A stretch of 64,000 nt of DNA from Kiritimatiellia bacterium (GTDB lineage: Bacteria > Verrucomicrobiota > Kiritimatiellia > CAIVKH01): contig JBDHQM010000002.1 of the NCBI GenBank assembly GCA_039807095.1, positions 97,261 through 161,260 of the forward strand, written 5' to 3'. A model generated the notes under the pieces. That model was not told where the DNA came from. It searched no databases and was given only the letters and a program-made list of their open reading frames with translations. Below are positions 37,764 to 50,387 of the stretch, piece after piece. Each line of letters opens with the position of its first letter. The first letter of the stretch is position 1. The position numbers were made by a program, and so were the translations under genes.

Positions 37764-38403
37764 AGCCGTTGCCAATTTTGTCGTCCCGGCCCTGCACGGC
37801 TTCAATCTTTACCGGCGCGGGAAAAAGGCCACTGCGATTCATGTGGAGAATAAGCTCCAACAGATCTTCTGTAACCCAGACTGAGTAGTGGCCATCCGGC
37901 GGATCAAACGGTGCAATTTTTCCGGCATGGCGATCGAGCAGTTCCGACAACTGAGTTCGTTGTTTCTCTTTGTCGAAGGTTCGCTCTTTGTGCGGGACAA
38001 TGATGAAAATGATCCCGCCGGGCCGCACGAGGCGATACCACTCTTGAAGCGCTTTGATTGGATCGAAAAAATGCTCCAGCACGTGCGAGTTGATCACGAA
38101 ATCAACTGACGCATCGGGCAGCGGAACTGCGTCGCCCGGTGCGACAATATCCACGGGCAACGCGCGCCCACATGCGCTGATTTCCATTTCTTTGTAGACC
38201 GTTTGCTCGCGCGTATAGTCCACATTGCGCGTGTTTAGTCCGAACGGATTGTGTGCTGCACCGCCAATCTCCAGCCCCTCGCCCTTGCAGAATTCCTTGG
38301 CAAGTGCAGAAGGCCGGTTGGGACGCCGATCCAATCGAAGAAGATGCTCCAATCGTTTTCGAAGCGGGCGCGGCACTCCAATATCTTTCAAGAAAGATCG
38401 CAT
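37741..38403 (-). CDS. class I SAM-dependent methyltransferase
   Basis: LEIGGAAHNPF motif I and VDFVINSHVLEHF motif II. Confidence 0.75.
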   Translation of the reverse strand: MRSFLKDIGVPRPLRKRLEHLLRLDRRPNRPSALAKEFCKGEGLEIGGAAHNPFGLNTRNVDYTREQTVYKEMEISACGRALPVDIVAPGDAVPLPDASVDFVINSHVLEHFFDPIKALQEWYRLVRPGGIIFIIVPHKERTFDKEKQRTQLSELLDRHAGKIAPFDPPDGHYSVWVTEDLLELILHMNRSGLFPAPVKIEAVQGRDDKIGNGFTVVLRK

Positions 38404-38418
38404 TCCCGACTCGCCTGC

Positions 38419-39783
38419 CTATTTATCAAAACGAATCCGGGCGGAGCGGCCGTGGGCGGGGAGGCGTTCGACGCGGGAGAATTGGTCAATGTGCGGGAGG
38501 ACGTCCTGCAGGTCGGCGCGTGTGAACGAGATGAAGCTGGTGCGGCGGCGGAAGGAGTCCACAGTCAGGCCGGAAAACAAGGCGGCAGTACCGCCGGTCG
38601 GCAAAACGTGGCTGGGGCCAGCCACAAAGTCGCCCGCGCATTCCGGGGTCCAGGGGCCAATGAATACCGCGCCCGCGCTCTTTACCTTCTTCAGCCACAC
38701 GCGCGGTTCGCGGCACATCACTTCCAAATGTTCCGGCGCGAATGCGTTGATGAGCTCCATTCCGATATCCAGATTATCCACGATGACAATCAGGGTGCCT
38801 TTGTTCAGCACGCGATAGACGGCGTCACCGGCGTTGAGGTCGGATGCCTGTTTGGGCAGCTCTTCCGCAACGGCGTAGGCGAGTTGCGGGGAAACAGTGA
38901 CCAGCAGCGCGCGCTCGTGGCCGGTGCCGTGTTCCGCCTGTGCCAGCATGTCGGCAGCGACGTGCTTCGCAGATGCCGAATCGTCAGCGAGGATCGCAAC
39001 TTCGCTGGGGCCCGCGATCATATCGAGGTCCACAGCTCCATACACGAGCCGTTTGGCAGCGGTGACGTACGGCCCGCCGGGGCCAACAATCTTCTGCACT
39101 TTCCGAATGGTTTTGGTGCCATACGCCATTGCGCCAATGGCTTGGATTCCGCCGATGCGATAAATCTCCGTCGCGCCCGCGAGATCGAGCGCATACAGGA
39201 CGTGCGGGTTAACTTTGCCGCCCTTCTCAGCAGGGGTGCAGGCGACAACTTCCAAAACACCTGCCGCCTTCGCGAGACCGACGGTCATCAAAGCGGTGGA
39301 GGCGAGCGGCGCGGCGCCGCCGGGGATGTAGCAGCCGACGCGATCGTAAGGCTGAAACTGTTCGCCGAGCATGCCGCCTTTGGGGCTGAGGATATTCCAA
39401 TCTTTGCGCAATCCGGCTTTGGCAAATTTCTGAATTCGCGCGAGCGCTTCGCCTGCGGCCTTCTTGAAGTCGGAATCCACGCGATCAATCGCATCCATTC
39501 GCTCGGCCTTCGTCACTTCCATCTTGGCGGCGGTGACCTTGTGTCCATCAAACTGCGCGACGAACTCACACACGGCGGCATCGCCGCGCGCCCGAATTTC
39601 TGCGAGTACCCCGCGCGCGGATTCTTCGGCCTCCGGAAGGATGGCATCGCGCACAATGAACTCTTCCACCGCTTTGACGGTGGATGTGGGGGCCCACTTC
39701 ACCACGCGGATGTCAGCGGTTCGATTATCGTCTTGCTTGCTCATAAACTTCTTTTCCTTCCTGCCCGCGTACGCTGTTTTCAA
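38419..39783 (-). CDS. hisD: histidinol dehydrogenase
   Basis: HisD core motifs (CYIPGGAAPLASTALM, AQAEHG). Alternative start at 39744 has a GGAAGG RBS. Confidence 0.9.
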   Translation of the reverse strand: MKTAYAGRKEKKFMSKQDDNRTADIRVVKWAPTSTVKAVEEFIVRDAILPEAEESARGVLAEIRARGDAAVCEFVAQFDGHKVTAAKMEVTKAERMDAIDRVDSDFKKAAGEALARIQKFAKAGLRKDWNILSPKGGMLGEQFQPYDRVGCYIPGGAAPLASTALMTVGLAKAAGVLEVVACTPAEKGGKVNPHVLYALDLAGATEIYRIGGIQAIGAMAYGTKTIRKVQKIVGPGGPYVTAAKRLVYGAVDLDMIAGPSEVAILADDSASAKHVAADMLAQAEHGTGHERALLVTVSPQLAYAVAEELPKQASDLNAGDAVYRVLNKGTLIVIVDNLDIGMELINAFAPEHLEVMCREPRVWLKKVKSAGAVFIGPWTPECAGDFVAGPSHVLPTGGTAALFSGLTVDSFRRRTSFISFTRADLQDVLPHIDQFSRVERLPAHGRSARIRFDK

Positions 39784-40013
39784 CGCAATGGCGCCTCATT
39801 CAAATGATCGCAGTGCGGGCAACGCGCCATGGGCACCTGGCGGGGTTCGACATAGAGACGCCCGCAGTTCACACACCGATACAGGCGTCCGGGATCGTAT
39901 GATTTGCGCGTTTTTTCCTCGCGCGCGGCATAATATAGCCACGCGGCTAAAATTGCGACAAGGGCGAAAACCGGCGGCACCCAGAAGACCAGCGCTGATG
40001 AGGCTCCGGTCAT
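39780..40013 (-). CDS. small membrane protein with CxxC...CxxC zinc ribbon
   Basis: 77 aa with one N-terminal TM and CVNC..CPHC. ATGA-coupled on both sides. Confidence 0.45.
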   Translation of the reverse strand: MTGASSALVFWVPPVFALVAILAAWLYYAAREEKTRKSYDPGRLYRCVNCGRLYVEPRQVPMARCPHCDHLNEAPLR

Positions 40014-40786
40014 GGCGTCGCCTCCGATGCGCGCGCGGAGTCCAGCGTCGGACGCTGAAGATAGAGCCCGACCCGCACGCTCGATTCTGCGCCCGGCCCG
40101 GTGTGCAGTCTGTACAGCGCACGCACCAGCGAGTCGGTTCGTTCACGGGTGGCTGTACTCTGCTCAACAAATACGCTGCGCACGTCGCCGCGATCGGAGA
40201 AGAATAGACGCGCGTGCACCTCCCACACCTTCTCGTCCAACGCAGGGTCAATCGCGAGTGGAAGGCCCGACGCGAGTTCCGGCCGGCCGTCCGGCCATTC
40301 CAGCACAACCACCGCGCTCGTGACGACGGGCGGGGCAAACGGATCTTTCACTTGCGGCAAGCGCCCCCACCGCGCGGAGAGCGCGCCCTCCAGTTCCGCC
40401 GCAGTGCGGTCGCGAAGCAACTCGGGTGCGGGCGCATCGGCGGGCATACGGTCCAGCCACAGCCCGGCATTCCGGCGCTCTTGCAGCGCGGGCGATGCGG
40501 GAAACACGCGCGCGGAGCGCGTGGGACTGAAGCCCGCTGCAGTAGGCAGCGCAAACAAGACGGGAGATCCAAGCGCCCGCGGATCCTGATCCCATGCGGC
40601 GAGGCCCGCGCGCGATTCTCCATCGGGCAGATAGGCTAGATGCGGGACGAACGGGGCCGCACGCATGGAAAATGCGAGCGGCCAGGTGCGGTGCGCCAGC
40701 GCGGCGACTCCGGCAAAACACGCGCTGGTCACCAGAAGCGCGACCCACGTTTCGCGCGTGCGCCAGAAGGGCACACGAACGTTCAC
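40010..40786 (-). CDS. membrane-anchored Pro/Ala-rich protein, possible TonB-like energy transducer
   Basis: N-terminal TM, Pro/Ala-rich linker and C-terminal domain. Located directly after exbD. Confidence 0.35.
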   Translation of the reverse strand: MNVRVPFWRTRETWVALLVTSACFAGVAALAHRTWPLAFSMRAAPFVPHLAYLPDGESRAGLAAWDQDPRALGSPVLFALPTAAGFSPTRSARVFPASPALQERRNAGLWLDRMPADAPAPELLRDRTAAELEGALSARWGRLPQVKDPFAPPVVTSAVVVLEWPDGRPELASGLPLAIDPALDEKVWEVHARLFFSDRGDVRSVFVEQSTATRERTDSLVRALYRLHTGPGAESSVRVGLYLQRPTLDSARASEATP

Positions 40787-41232
40787 GGCTTTCGCTCCAG
40801 TCGCGATGCGAGCACAATCTCGCGAACACCTGCGTTGCGCGCCATGCCATAGATGCGGATCATGGTGTCGTAGGAAATCCGTTTATCCGCTTCGATGATC
40901 AAGGCGGCATCCCGGTTGCTGCGCACGGCCCGCTCGAGAGCCAGCGCAACGCCATCGAATGAAAGCCGCTCGTCCTGAAAGAAGAACATCCCCTCCTGTG
41001 GAACGGTCAGCACCAGCGCGTCGGGGCGAATGCCATCCACGAAAGACGCAGCGGGCAGATCCAGGCGCACACCGGGGCGCAGGGTGGAGGCCGACTGTTG
41101 AATCAGTACGAGAATAAATAGCAGCAGCACATTGATCCACGGCGCAATGATGAGCATGGCGCGCGGCGCGCGGTGCGTCGTGTCGAAGTGCCGCCGGAAC
41201 ACGTACATTCGTTTGGGGGTCGTATCTGCCAT
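40783..41232 (-). CDS. exbD: biopolymer transport protein ExbD/TolR
   Basis: Single TM plus periplasmic domain, about 149 aa. Confidence 0.8.
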   Translation of the reverse strand: MADTTPKRMYVFRRHFDTTHRAPRAMLIIAPWINVLLLFILVLIQQSASTLRPGVRLDLPAASFVDGIRPDALVLTVPQEGMFFFQDERLSFDGVALALERAVRSNRDAALIIEADKRISYDTMIRIYGMARNAGVREIVLASRLERKP

Positions 41233-41238
41233 GGCGAA

Positions 41239-41865
41239 TCAGGAGTCCCGCTTGTCCGTCTGAAGGTGCGCGAGCGTCTGCAGGATTTCGGTATAGGCCT
41301 GCTCCATTTCGAGTACAACCGCCGCCACCCGGTTCACGATGAAGGCATGGCCGAAATAGCCCACCACGCACGCGCCCAGGCCGGCCATGGTGGTGATCAG
41401 CGCGCGGCTCATTCCAAAACCGAGATCGCCCGACTGAAGCAGCGGCGCCTGCTCGTGCAGCGCCACCAGCATATCCCACATCCCGACCACCGTGCCGAGC
41501 AGACCCAGCACCGGTGCCATCTGCGATAGCGCCAGCAGAATCGGCAGATTCTTCTCCAGACGCGCAATCTCAATCACGCCCACCTCTTCCATCACCTGTC
41601 GCGTGCGCGCGCCGCCCTGCTGATGTTCCAAAATCGCCACGCGCGCCATCTGCGACACCGGGCCCGGCGTCTCTTCGCACAGCGCGACGGCTTCCATCAA
41701 ATTGCCGCGCTGAAGGTTGATGAATATCCCCTTCAGGAAATCGCGCCCGCGCAGCGACGCGCGGTGTACCGTCAGCGAGCGCTGCAAGATCAGCATCACA
41801 ATGGCAAAACTGAACCCTAGAATCACCCAGAGGACAGCGCCGCCCAACTCCAACAAATGCATCAT
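41239..41865 (-). CDS. exbB: MotA/TolQ/ExbB proton channel
   Basis: Three-TM pattern and a conserved C-terminal region. Confidence 0.8.
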   Translation of the reverse strand: MMHLLELGGAVLWVILGFSFAIVMLILQRSLTVHRASLRGRDFLKGIFINLQRGNLMEAVALCEETPGPVSQMARVAILEHQQGGARTRQVMEEVGVIEIARLEKNLPILLALSQMAPVLGLLGTVVGMWDMLVALHEQAPLLQSGDLGFGMSRALITTMAGLGACVVGYFGHAFIVNRVAAVVLEMEQAYTEILQTLAHLQTDKRDS

Positions 41866-44462
41866 CGCGTAGTTCTCCCGGCCGCCGGCTCGCCCAACTG
41901 GGCAGAGCGGCTGTCTTGAATCTTCTGTATCTGTTTCTCCGCATCCGCGCCTGCGGGGAGCCCGCTCTCCACAACGCGCTGATAGATGCGAATCGCCTCA
42001 TCCCACTGCTGCTCGGCCTCCTTCAGCGCCGCCGCCGCAAATGCGGCGCGCACGAACCAGACCGGCTCCACAAACTGTTCCTGCTCGCGCGCGCTGAGCC
42101 AGCCATACACGGTGTCGAGATAGTAGCGAAACGCCTCACTCCCGCGCCCCAGCCGCTCGTAGGAGCGCCCGATTTTGAACTGCGCCTGCAAGCGCAATGC
42201 GGGCGCAACAGCGGGGTTGTCGAGCAGCGCGCGGTAACTCGCGATGGCTTCCTGATAGCGCTCGGGGCGGTCCGTTCCGAGCATGAATTGGCTGTCCCCT
42301 CGCCGACCCCGCGCGCGGTCGGCCAGCGGGTGCGCGGGATAGCGCCGCACAATGTCGTCGAACGCCAGCAGCGCACCGGAAAATTCGCCCAGCTCGGAAA
42401 GCGCGTCGCCCTGCGCGAAACGCGCATCCGGCACCAACGGACTGTTGGTGTACACGCGCGTCAAGTCGTTGAACAATCCCAGCGCGCGCCGGAATTCGCC
42501 CTGCGCCACAGCCGCGCGACCGGCCCAATACAGCGCGTCATCCGCCCAATCGCTCAGCGGATAGGCGGTGACGATGCTGCCAAAATTTGTCTCCGCCCGA
42601 CCATACGCCCCCGCATTGAAGTATTGCTCCGCCATCCAGAAACGCACCTCGGGCACCATGGCCGAGGTTGGATAGCGATCGAGAAACTCCTGCGCCACCT
42701 GCATGGCGCGCGGCGTTTGCCCCAACAGATGCAGCGCGCGCGCGCGGAGGAAAAATGCATCCTCCACAGACGCGCTTTCAGGATATTCGCTCAACACGCG
42801 GTCGAACCGGTCCAATGCCGCCTGAAAGGCGCCCTCGCGATACGACGTCAGCGCGGAGCGAAGCAGCGCCTCGGAGCGAATGACGGCGGGAAATTGATTC
42901 GTCAGCAACTCGTCATATAGCGCCACCGCCTCGGACCACTTCCCCTGATCCTCGCGCAGCGATGCCAGTCGCAGCGCCGCGCGGCTGGCCAGCGGATCTT
43001 TCGGGAAGCGCGCGCGCAAGTCTTCCAGCCGCTTCGATGCCGTGGCGAAGTCGCGATTGCGCGCCATGCTCTCGGCCACCTGCAGCAGCACCTGCGGCGT
43101 CAACGCGCTCGCCGGAAACTCGGCCAGCGCCTTTTCATACGCGTCCTGCGCGAGCTTGAACTGATTGTTCGAGAAATAAGAATCGGCAGCCTTCACCATC
43201 GCCATCTCGCGCATCGCCGCATTCGTCAGCAGCGGCGCGGTCTGCTCAAACACAGTCGCCGACTCCGCATAGCGACCCAGATTCCACAGCGCCCATCCGC
43301 GCCCCATCCGCGCACGCGCCTGTTCATCGGGATCCACCACCATCGCCAGGCAGTTCTGATAGGCCTCCAGCGCGCTGGCATACTGCCCGCGATCCAGCAA
43401 AATATCTGCCAAAGCCAACTGCGCCTCCGCCGCGCCGGGGCGCGAGGGCGCAGAGGTTACCGCCGCCTCTAGCAGGCCGATCGCAGCATCCGCCTTGTCC
43501 ATCCGCGCCAGCAGCCGCGCGCGGGCAATGCGCAGGTCGAGCTTCAAATCGAGGTCATCCGCCGCCTTTTCGCCGCGCTCATACGCATCCAGCGCGGCGG
43601 AATAATTCGTCTTTGCTGTCGCGATGTCCGCCAACGCGAGCCAGGCTTCCGCGCGCGTGTCCGGCTCGGAATCGTTCGCGCGCGGGCGCACAATCAAATC
43701 TAGCATCGCCTTGGCATCCGGAAAATCGCCGCGATCCACCAGCATGCGCCCGAGCCAGAGTCGGGCCGAATGCGACGCCACACTGTCCGGATAGCGCTCG
43801 ATAATCTGGCGCAACAGGCGCTCTGCGTCAGCATCGCGATCGGCCTCCATCAGCAACGCCGCCCAATCGAGCAAGTTGTCCGGCAGTTCCGGCGACTCCG
43901 GATAGCGCTCCTGAAACGACGCAAATGCGCTCAGCGCACTATTGCGATCGCCCAGCTTCACCAGCGCATGCGCGCGAAGCCGCGCCGCCTGCGCCCGGTT
44001 CGCATCTTCCCGATATTCCCGCTCGAAGCGAAAGAGCGACTGGGTCACATCGCTATAACGCCCCAATTCATACTGCGCGCGCGCGGTCCAAAAAACAAAA
44101 CCGCCCTCCACATCATCGCGCGAGGCCCACCCGCGCCGCTCTTGCAACAAGCCCAGCGCCTCCTCAAACTGCCCCATCCCAAACAAGGCTTGCGCCTCGA
44201 ACAACGTCCCGCGCGCCTTGGAGTTCTTGAAAAAGGCCTTATCCACAAAGGCTTCAAACTTCTGGCGCGCGACATCATAGAACCCGTCGCGCAACGCCGC
44301 CTGGCCCGCCACCCAGTTCGGGTCGCGCTCAAACCGCGCCGGGGTCTCCGCGCGCGCCGACCACGCGCCCGCCCCCATCAACAACGCGAGCAGCGCGCCG
44401 CGCACCATCCGCCCGACGGCACGCTTCCAATCCTTGGAACCTGTTTTCGACAAAACTTCCAT
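41862..44462 (-). CDS. large TPR-repeat protein (signal peptide)
   Basis: 866 aa with many TPR-like helical repeats. ATGA-coupled to exbB. Confidence 0.7.
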   Translation of the reverse strand: MEVLSKTGSKDWKRAVGRMVRGALLALLMGAGAWSARAETPARFERDPNWVAGQAALRDGFYDVARQKFEAFVDKAFFKNSKARGTLFEAQALFGMGQFEEALGLLQERRGWASRDDVEGGFVFWTARAQYELGRYSDVTQSLFRFEREYREDANRAQAARLRAHALVKLGDRNSALSAFASFQERYPESPELPDNLLDWAALLMEADRDADAERLLRQIIERYPDSVASHSARLWLGRMLVDRGDFPDAKAMLDLIVRPRANDSEPDTRAEAWLALADIATAKTNYSAALDAYERGEKAADDLDLKLDLRIARARLLARMDKADAAIGLLEAAVTSAPSRPGAAEAQLALADILLDRGQYASALEAYQNCLAMVVDPDEQARARMGRGWALWNLGRYAESATVFEQTAPLLTNAAMREMAMVKAADSYFSNNQFKLAQDAYEKALAEFPASALTPQVLLQVAESMARNRDFATASKRLEDLRARFPKDPLASRAALRLASLREDQGKWSEAVALYDELLTNQFPAVIRSEALLRSALTSYREGAFQAALDRFDRVLSEYPESASVEDAFFLRARALHLLGQTPRAMQVAQEFLDRYPTSAMVPEVRFWMAEQYFNAGAYGRAETNFGSIVTAYPLSDWADDALYWAGRAAVAQGEFRRALGLFNDLTRVYTNSPLVPDARFAQGDALSELGEFSGALLAFDDIVRRYPAHPLADRARGRRGDSQFMLGTDRPERYQEAIASYRALLDNPAVAPALRLQAQFKIGRSYERLGRGSEAFRYYLDTVYGWLSAREQEQFVEPVWFVRAAFAAAALKEAEQQWDEAIRIYQRVVESGLPAGADAEKQIQKIQDSRSAQLGEPAAGRTTR

Positions 44463-44473
44463 ACCTTGGAAAA

Positions 44474-47323
<2,850 letters not shown>

Positions 47324-47526
47324 TGTATGGTGCCAAAATTTGGAAACTCAGAAAACCAGACAACATACCACACTTCACCCCCACCACCCACAAAAACCTT
47401 GGGCACACCGGGGCCCGATCATAGTGGCGTCACCATTCGGGCGCGTCGGCGTAGATGCGACCTATCGTTTTCTTGATTGTGAGGTTTGAGCGTGGTTGAA
47501 TGCACTGCCTGCAATTGGGGTATTTA

Positions 47527-50379
47527 ATGCGTCTTTTTCTCGCCATTTTAGTTCTCGCTTCTCTCGGGCCGGTTTTGCGGGCGGATGAGCCGCCGCTCAC
47601 GCCGGAATCTCACTTCATTCCCGGCATAAAGGCCACGCACTGGCTGCGTTACTCCGATCCGATGGCCAGCACAGTGGAGGTGGCGGGCACCTGGAATCAG
47701 TGGACCGCAGGCGCGCCGCTGATCCGGACAAACCAAAATTTGTATGTGCTGGACGTTAAATCCCTGCCGATCACAAAGCCGGGCCGCTACGAATACAAAT
47801 TCATCGTCAACGGCGTCTGGGAAACCGGCGACAACCGCGAATTTGTCGTGAATGACGACCTCCTGCTGGAGCGCCCACCAAATGTGCTCGTCTCCGCACA
47901 GCTCGACGGCCGCAACGAGATCACGGTGTATCTGAAACAGCCCCTTGCGAGTGCGGAGCACATCCGCGTCGCAATCGAGCCCGATGTCCCCGTGCGCGAT
48001 ATTCAGGTGATCCCCGGCCAACCGGATAAAAATCTGCGCGGCTACCTCCTGGCTGGCGAGTGGCTGAGATTCGTTTTCGACGAGCGTGTCTACGGGGTGA
48101 ATATTTCGCCCACCACAAAAGTCACCGTGGCCGGCAATTTCAATTGGTGGAATTCACAGGGCGGCGCAAACGGCGTGTGGCAGCTTCAGGACGATGATGA
48201 CGACGGCGTATGGGAGGTGACCGTCCCGACCGAAGGCCTTCCGTTCCCCCCGCAGGATCCGTTCCCGATGTTCCGATTCGTGATCAATGGCAGTCAGTGG
48301 ATGGATGTGCCCGCCCAGGCGCCCAACCGGGTGCGCGATCCCAACGGAAACACAAACCTGAAAATTGATTTCACGGAATCCGGCATCTCGGTTCTCAAAA
48401 TCTTTACCGCTGAACCGATGAGCCTGTCCGAAACCTATAACGTCGTCATAGACGGCCTCGCATCGCGCCGCGTGCGCGAGGTGCTCACGGTCGGAAAGCT
48501 CCTCGACTCCATCACCACGACAAAGGAACTCGGCGCGCACCTCAATAAGGCGCGCGGCATCACGACCTATCGCCTCTTCGCGCCTCGCGCCACTGCCGTA
48601 CACCTGAACCTCTTTGATACACCCGAGTATGAAGTGCAGCGTCCCGCCTACCGGCGCCTGACTCCCGCAGAACGCTATCCCATGATCAAGGACGAGAGCG
48701 ATGGCGTGTGGGAAATCAGCCTCGTCGGCCTCGATACGGGCAAATACTACGCCTTCAACGTGGATGGCCCGCAGGGCAATGGCGAGGCGTTCAACGGACA
48801 GGCGTTCATCAGCGACCCCTACGCCTTCGCGGTCGCTCACTCGATGAACAACTCAATCGTCATTGACCGCGAGGCGACAAACGAATGGTTCAACGGATGG
48901 ACCGCCACCCAGTGGAAGGCGCCGCCGCGCGAAGACCTCATCATCTATGAAACCCACATCCGCGACCTGACCATTCACCCCTCCTCGGGCGTCCAACCCG
49001 GCCTGCGCGGCACATACGAAGGCGTACTGGCCACACTCGGCACCGGCACCGGACTCGATCACCTCAAAGCGCTGGGCGTCAACGCGATTGAATTTTTGCC
49101 GGTGAACGAGTTTGAAAACAGCACGCGCGATTATGGCTGGGGCTACAACACCGTACACTTCTTTGCGCCCGAAGCCTCCTACGGACGCAAGCCGCTGCAA
49201 GGCTCGCAGTATTACGAGTTCAAGAAAATGGTGGATGGGTTGCACCGCGAAGGGTTCTCCGTCTTGCTCGATGTCGTCTATAACCACGTCGGCGGACCGA
49301 ACCTCTTCTCCATGATTGATAAAAAATATTTCTTCCGCCTCACCCCGGACTGCAAGTTCATCAACTTTAGTGCGTGCGGCAACGACGTGCGCAGTGAGGC
49401 TCCCATGATGCGCCGCTTCATTGTGGACAACGTCCTCTACTGGATGCGCGAACACAAAGTGGACGGGTTCCGCTTCGACCTCGCCGAACTGATAGATATG
49501 GAAACAATGCGCCAAATCGAAAAAGAGGCGCGCGCACTGAACCGCGATGTCATCCTCATCTCCGAGCCGTGGAGCATCCGCGGCCAGAACAAAGAAAAAC
49601 TGCGCGGCATGTGGTGGGGCGCGTGGAACAATGACTTCCGCTACGCGGCCAAAGATTTCGCGCGCGGCCGCGCCGACCGCGAGTGGATGAAAAAAATCAT
49701 CACCGGCTCCACCGAAACGTGGACCGCAAATCCGCTGCAAGCCGTCAACTATCTGGAAAGCCACGACGACATGGCGCTGGTGGACGAACTGAGTCTGCGC
49801 TCAGACCACAACGGTAAATTCGTGCAGTCCTTTGAAGTGCAGATGAACAAACTCGCCGCAACCGTTCTGTTCACCTCGCTCGGCATGCCGATGATCAACG
49901 AAGGTCAGGAGTTCCTGCGCAGCAAATACGGCATCAGCAACACCTTCAACAAGGGCGATGCCGTCAACGCCATTCGCTGGACGGATCGGGATCGCCCCCT
50001 CGCCGCGGAAGCCATGCGCTACTACAAAGACCTCATCGCCATGCGCCAAAGCGACGAGGGCAAAGCGTTCCGGGTTCACCTGACCCCGCCCGCAGGCTAT
50101 TACGAGTGGATCACCCCGGAAAATGATACCCGCGCCCTCGGCTATATCGTCAACGGCAAGCACGAGAATCCGGGCCGCGCCTTTGCCGTTCTCCTCAATA
50201 GCGGAGACAGCCCGACCTCCTTCAGCGTCCCCCTGCCCGCCGGGAATTGGCGCGTCATCGGTGACCACGCAACAATCAACCTCAAAGGACTGCCCGACTT
50301 CCCTGCAATCGAAGGCGGCCAAACCCGCGAAATTAAACTCGGTGCAACAAAATCTGTAATTTTGATGGACGGATTCTAA
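47527..50379 (+). CDS. secreted GH13 pullulanase/debranching-type alpha-glucanase with N-terminal Ig/CBM domains
   Basis: Signal peptide, then the GH13 catalytic regions (GFRFDLA, EPW, YLESHD). Confidence 0.75.
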   Translation: MRLFLAILVLASLGPVLRADEPPLTPESHFIPGIKATHWLRYSDPMASTVEVAGTWNQWTAGAPLIRTNQNLYVLDVKSLPITKPGRYEYKFIVNGVWETGDNREFVVNDDLLLERPPNVLVSAQLDGRNEITVYLKQPLASAEHIRVAIEPDVPVRDIQVIPGQPDKNLRGYLLAGEWLRFVFDERVYGVNISPTTKVTVAGNFNWWNSQGGANGVWQLQDDDDDGVWEVTVPTEGLPFPPQDPFPMFRFVINGSQWMDVPAQAPNRVRDPNGNTNLKIDFTESGISVLKIFTAEPMSLSETYNVVIDGLASRRVREVLTVGKLLDSITTTKELGAHLNKARGITTYRLFAPRATAVHLNLFDTPEYEVQRPAYRRLTPAERYPMIKDESDGVWEISLVGLDTGKYYAFNVDGPQGNGEAFNGQAFISDPYAFAVAHSMNNSIVIDREATNEWFNGWTATQWKAPPREDLIIYETHIRDLTIHPSSGVQPGLRGTYEGVLATLGTGTGLDHLKALGVNAIEFLPVNEFENSTRDYGWGYNTVHFFAPEASYGRKPLQGSQYYEFKKMVDGLHREGFSVLLDVVYNHVGGPNLFSMIDKKYFFRLTPDCKFINFSACGNDVRSEAPMMRRFIVDNVLYWMREHKVDGFRFDLAELIDMETMRQIEKEARALNRDVILISEPWSIRGQNKEKLRGMWWGAWNNDFRYAAKDFARGRADREWMKKIITGSTETWTANPLQAVNYLESHDDMALVDELSLRSDHNGKFVQSFEVQMNKLAATVLFTSLGMPMINEGQEFLRSKYGISNTFNKGDAVNAIRWTDRDRPLAAEAMRYYKDLIAMRQSDEGKAFRVHLTPPAGYYEWITPENDTRALGYIVNGKHENPGRAFAVLLNSGDSPTSFSVPLPAGNWRVIGDHATINLKGLPDFPAIEGGQTREIKLGATKSVILMDGF

Positions 50380-50387
50380 CCCTCGCC

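Noticed and set aside
38251-39807. 518-aa ORF antisense to hisD
   Set aside because: Antisense to a canonical HisD. Arg/Ala/Gly-rich with no motifs.
41916-42920. 334-aa plus-strand ORF inside the TPR gene and several 100..200-aa ORFs antisense to the pullulanase and FHA genes
   Set aside because: All embedded antisense in longer genes that carry recognisable domains.
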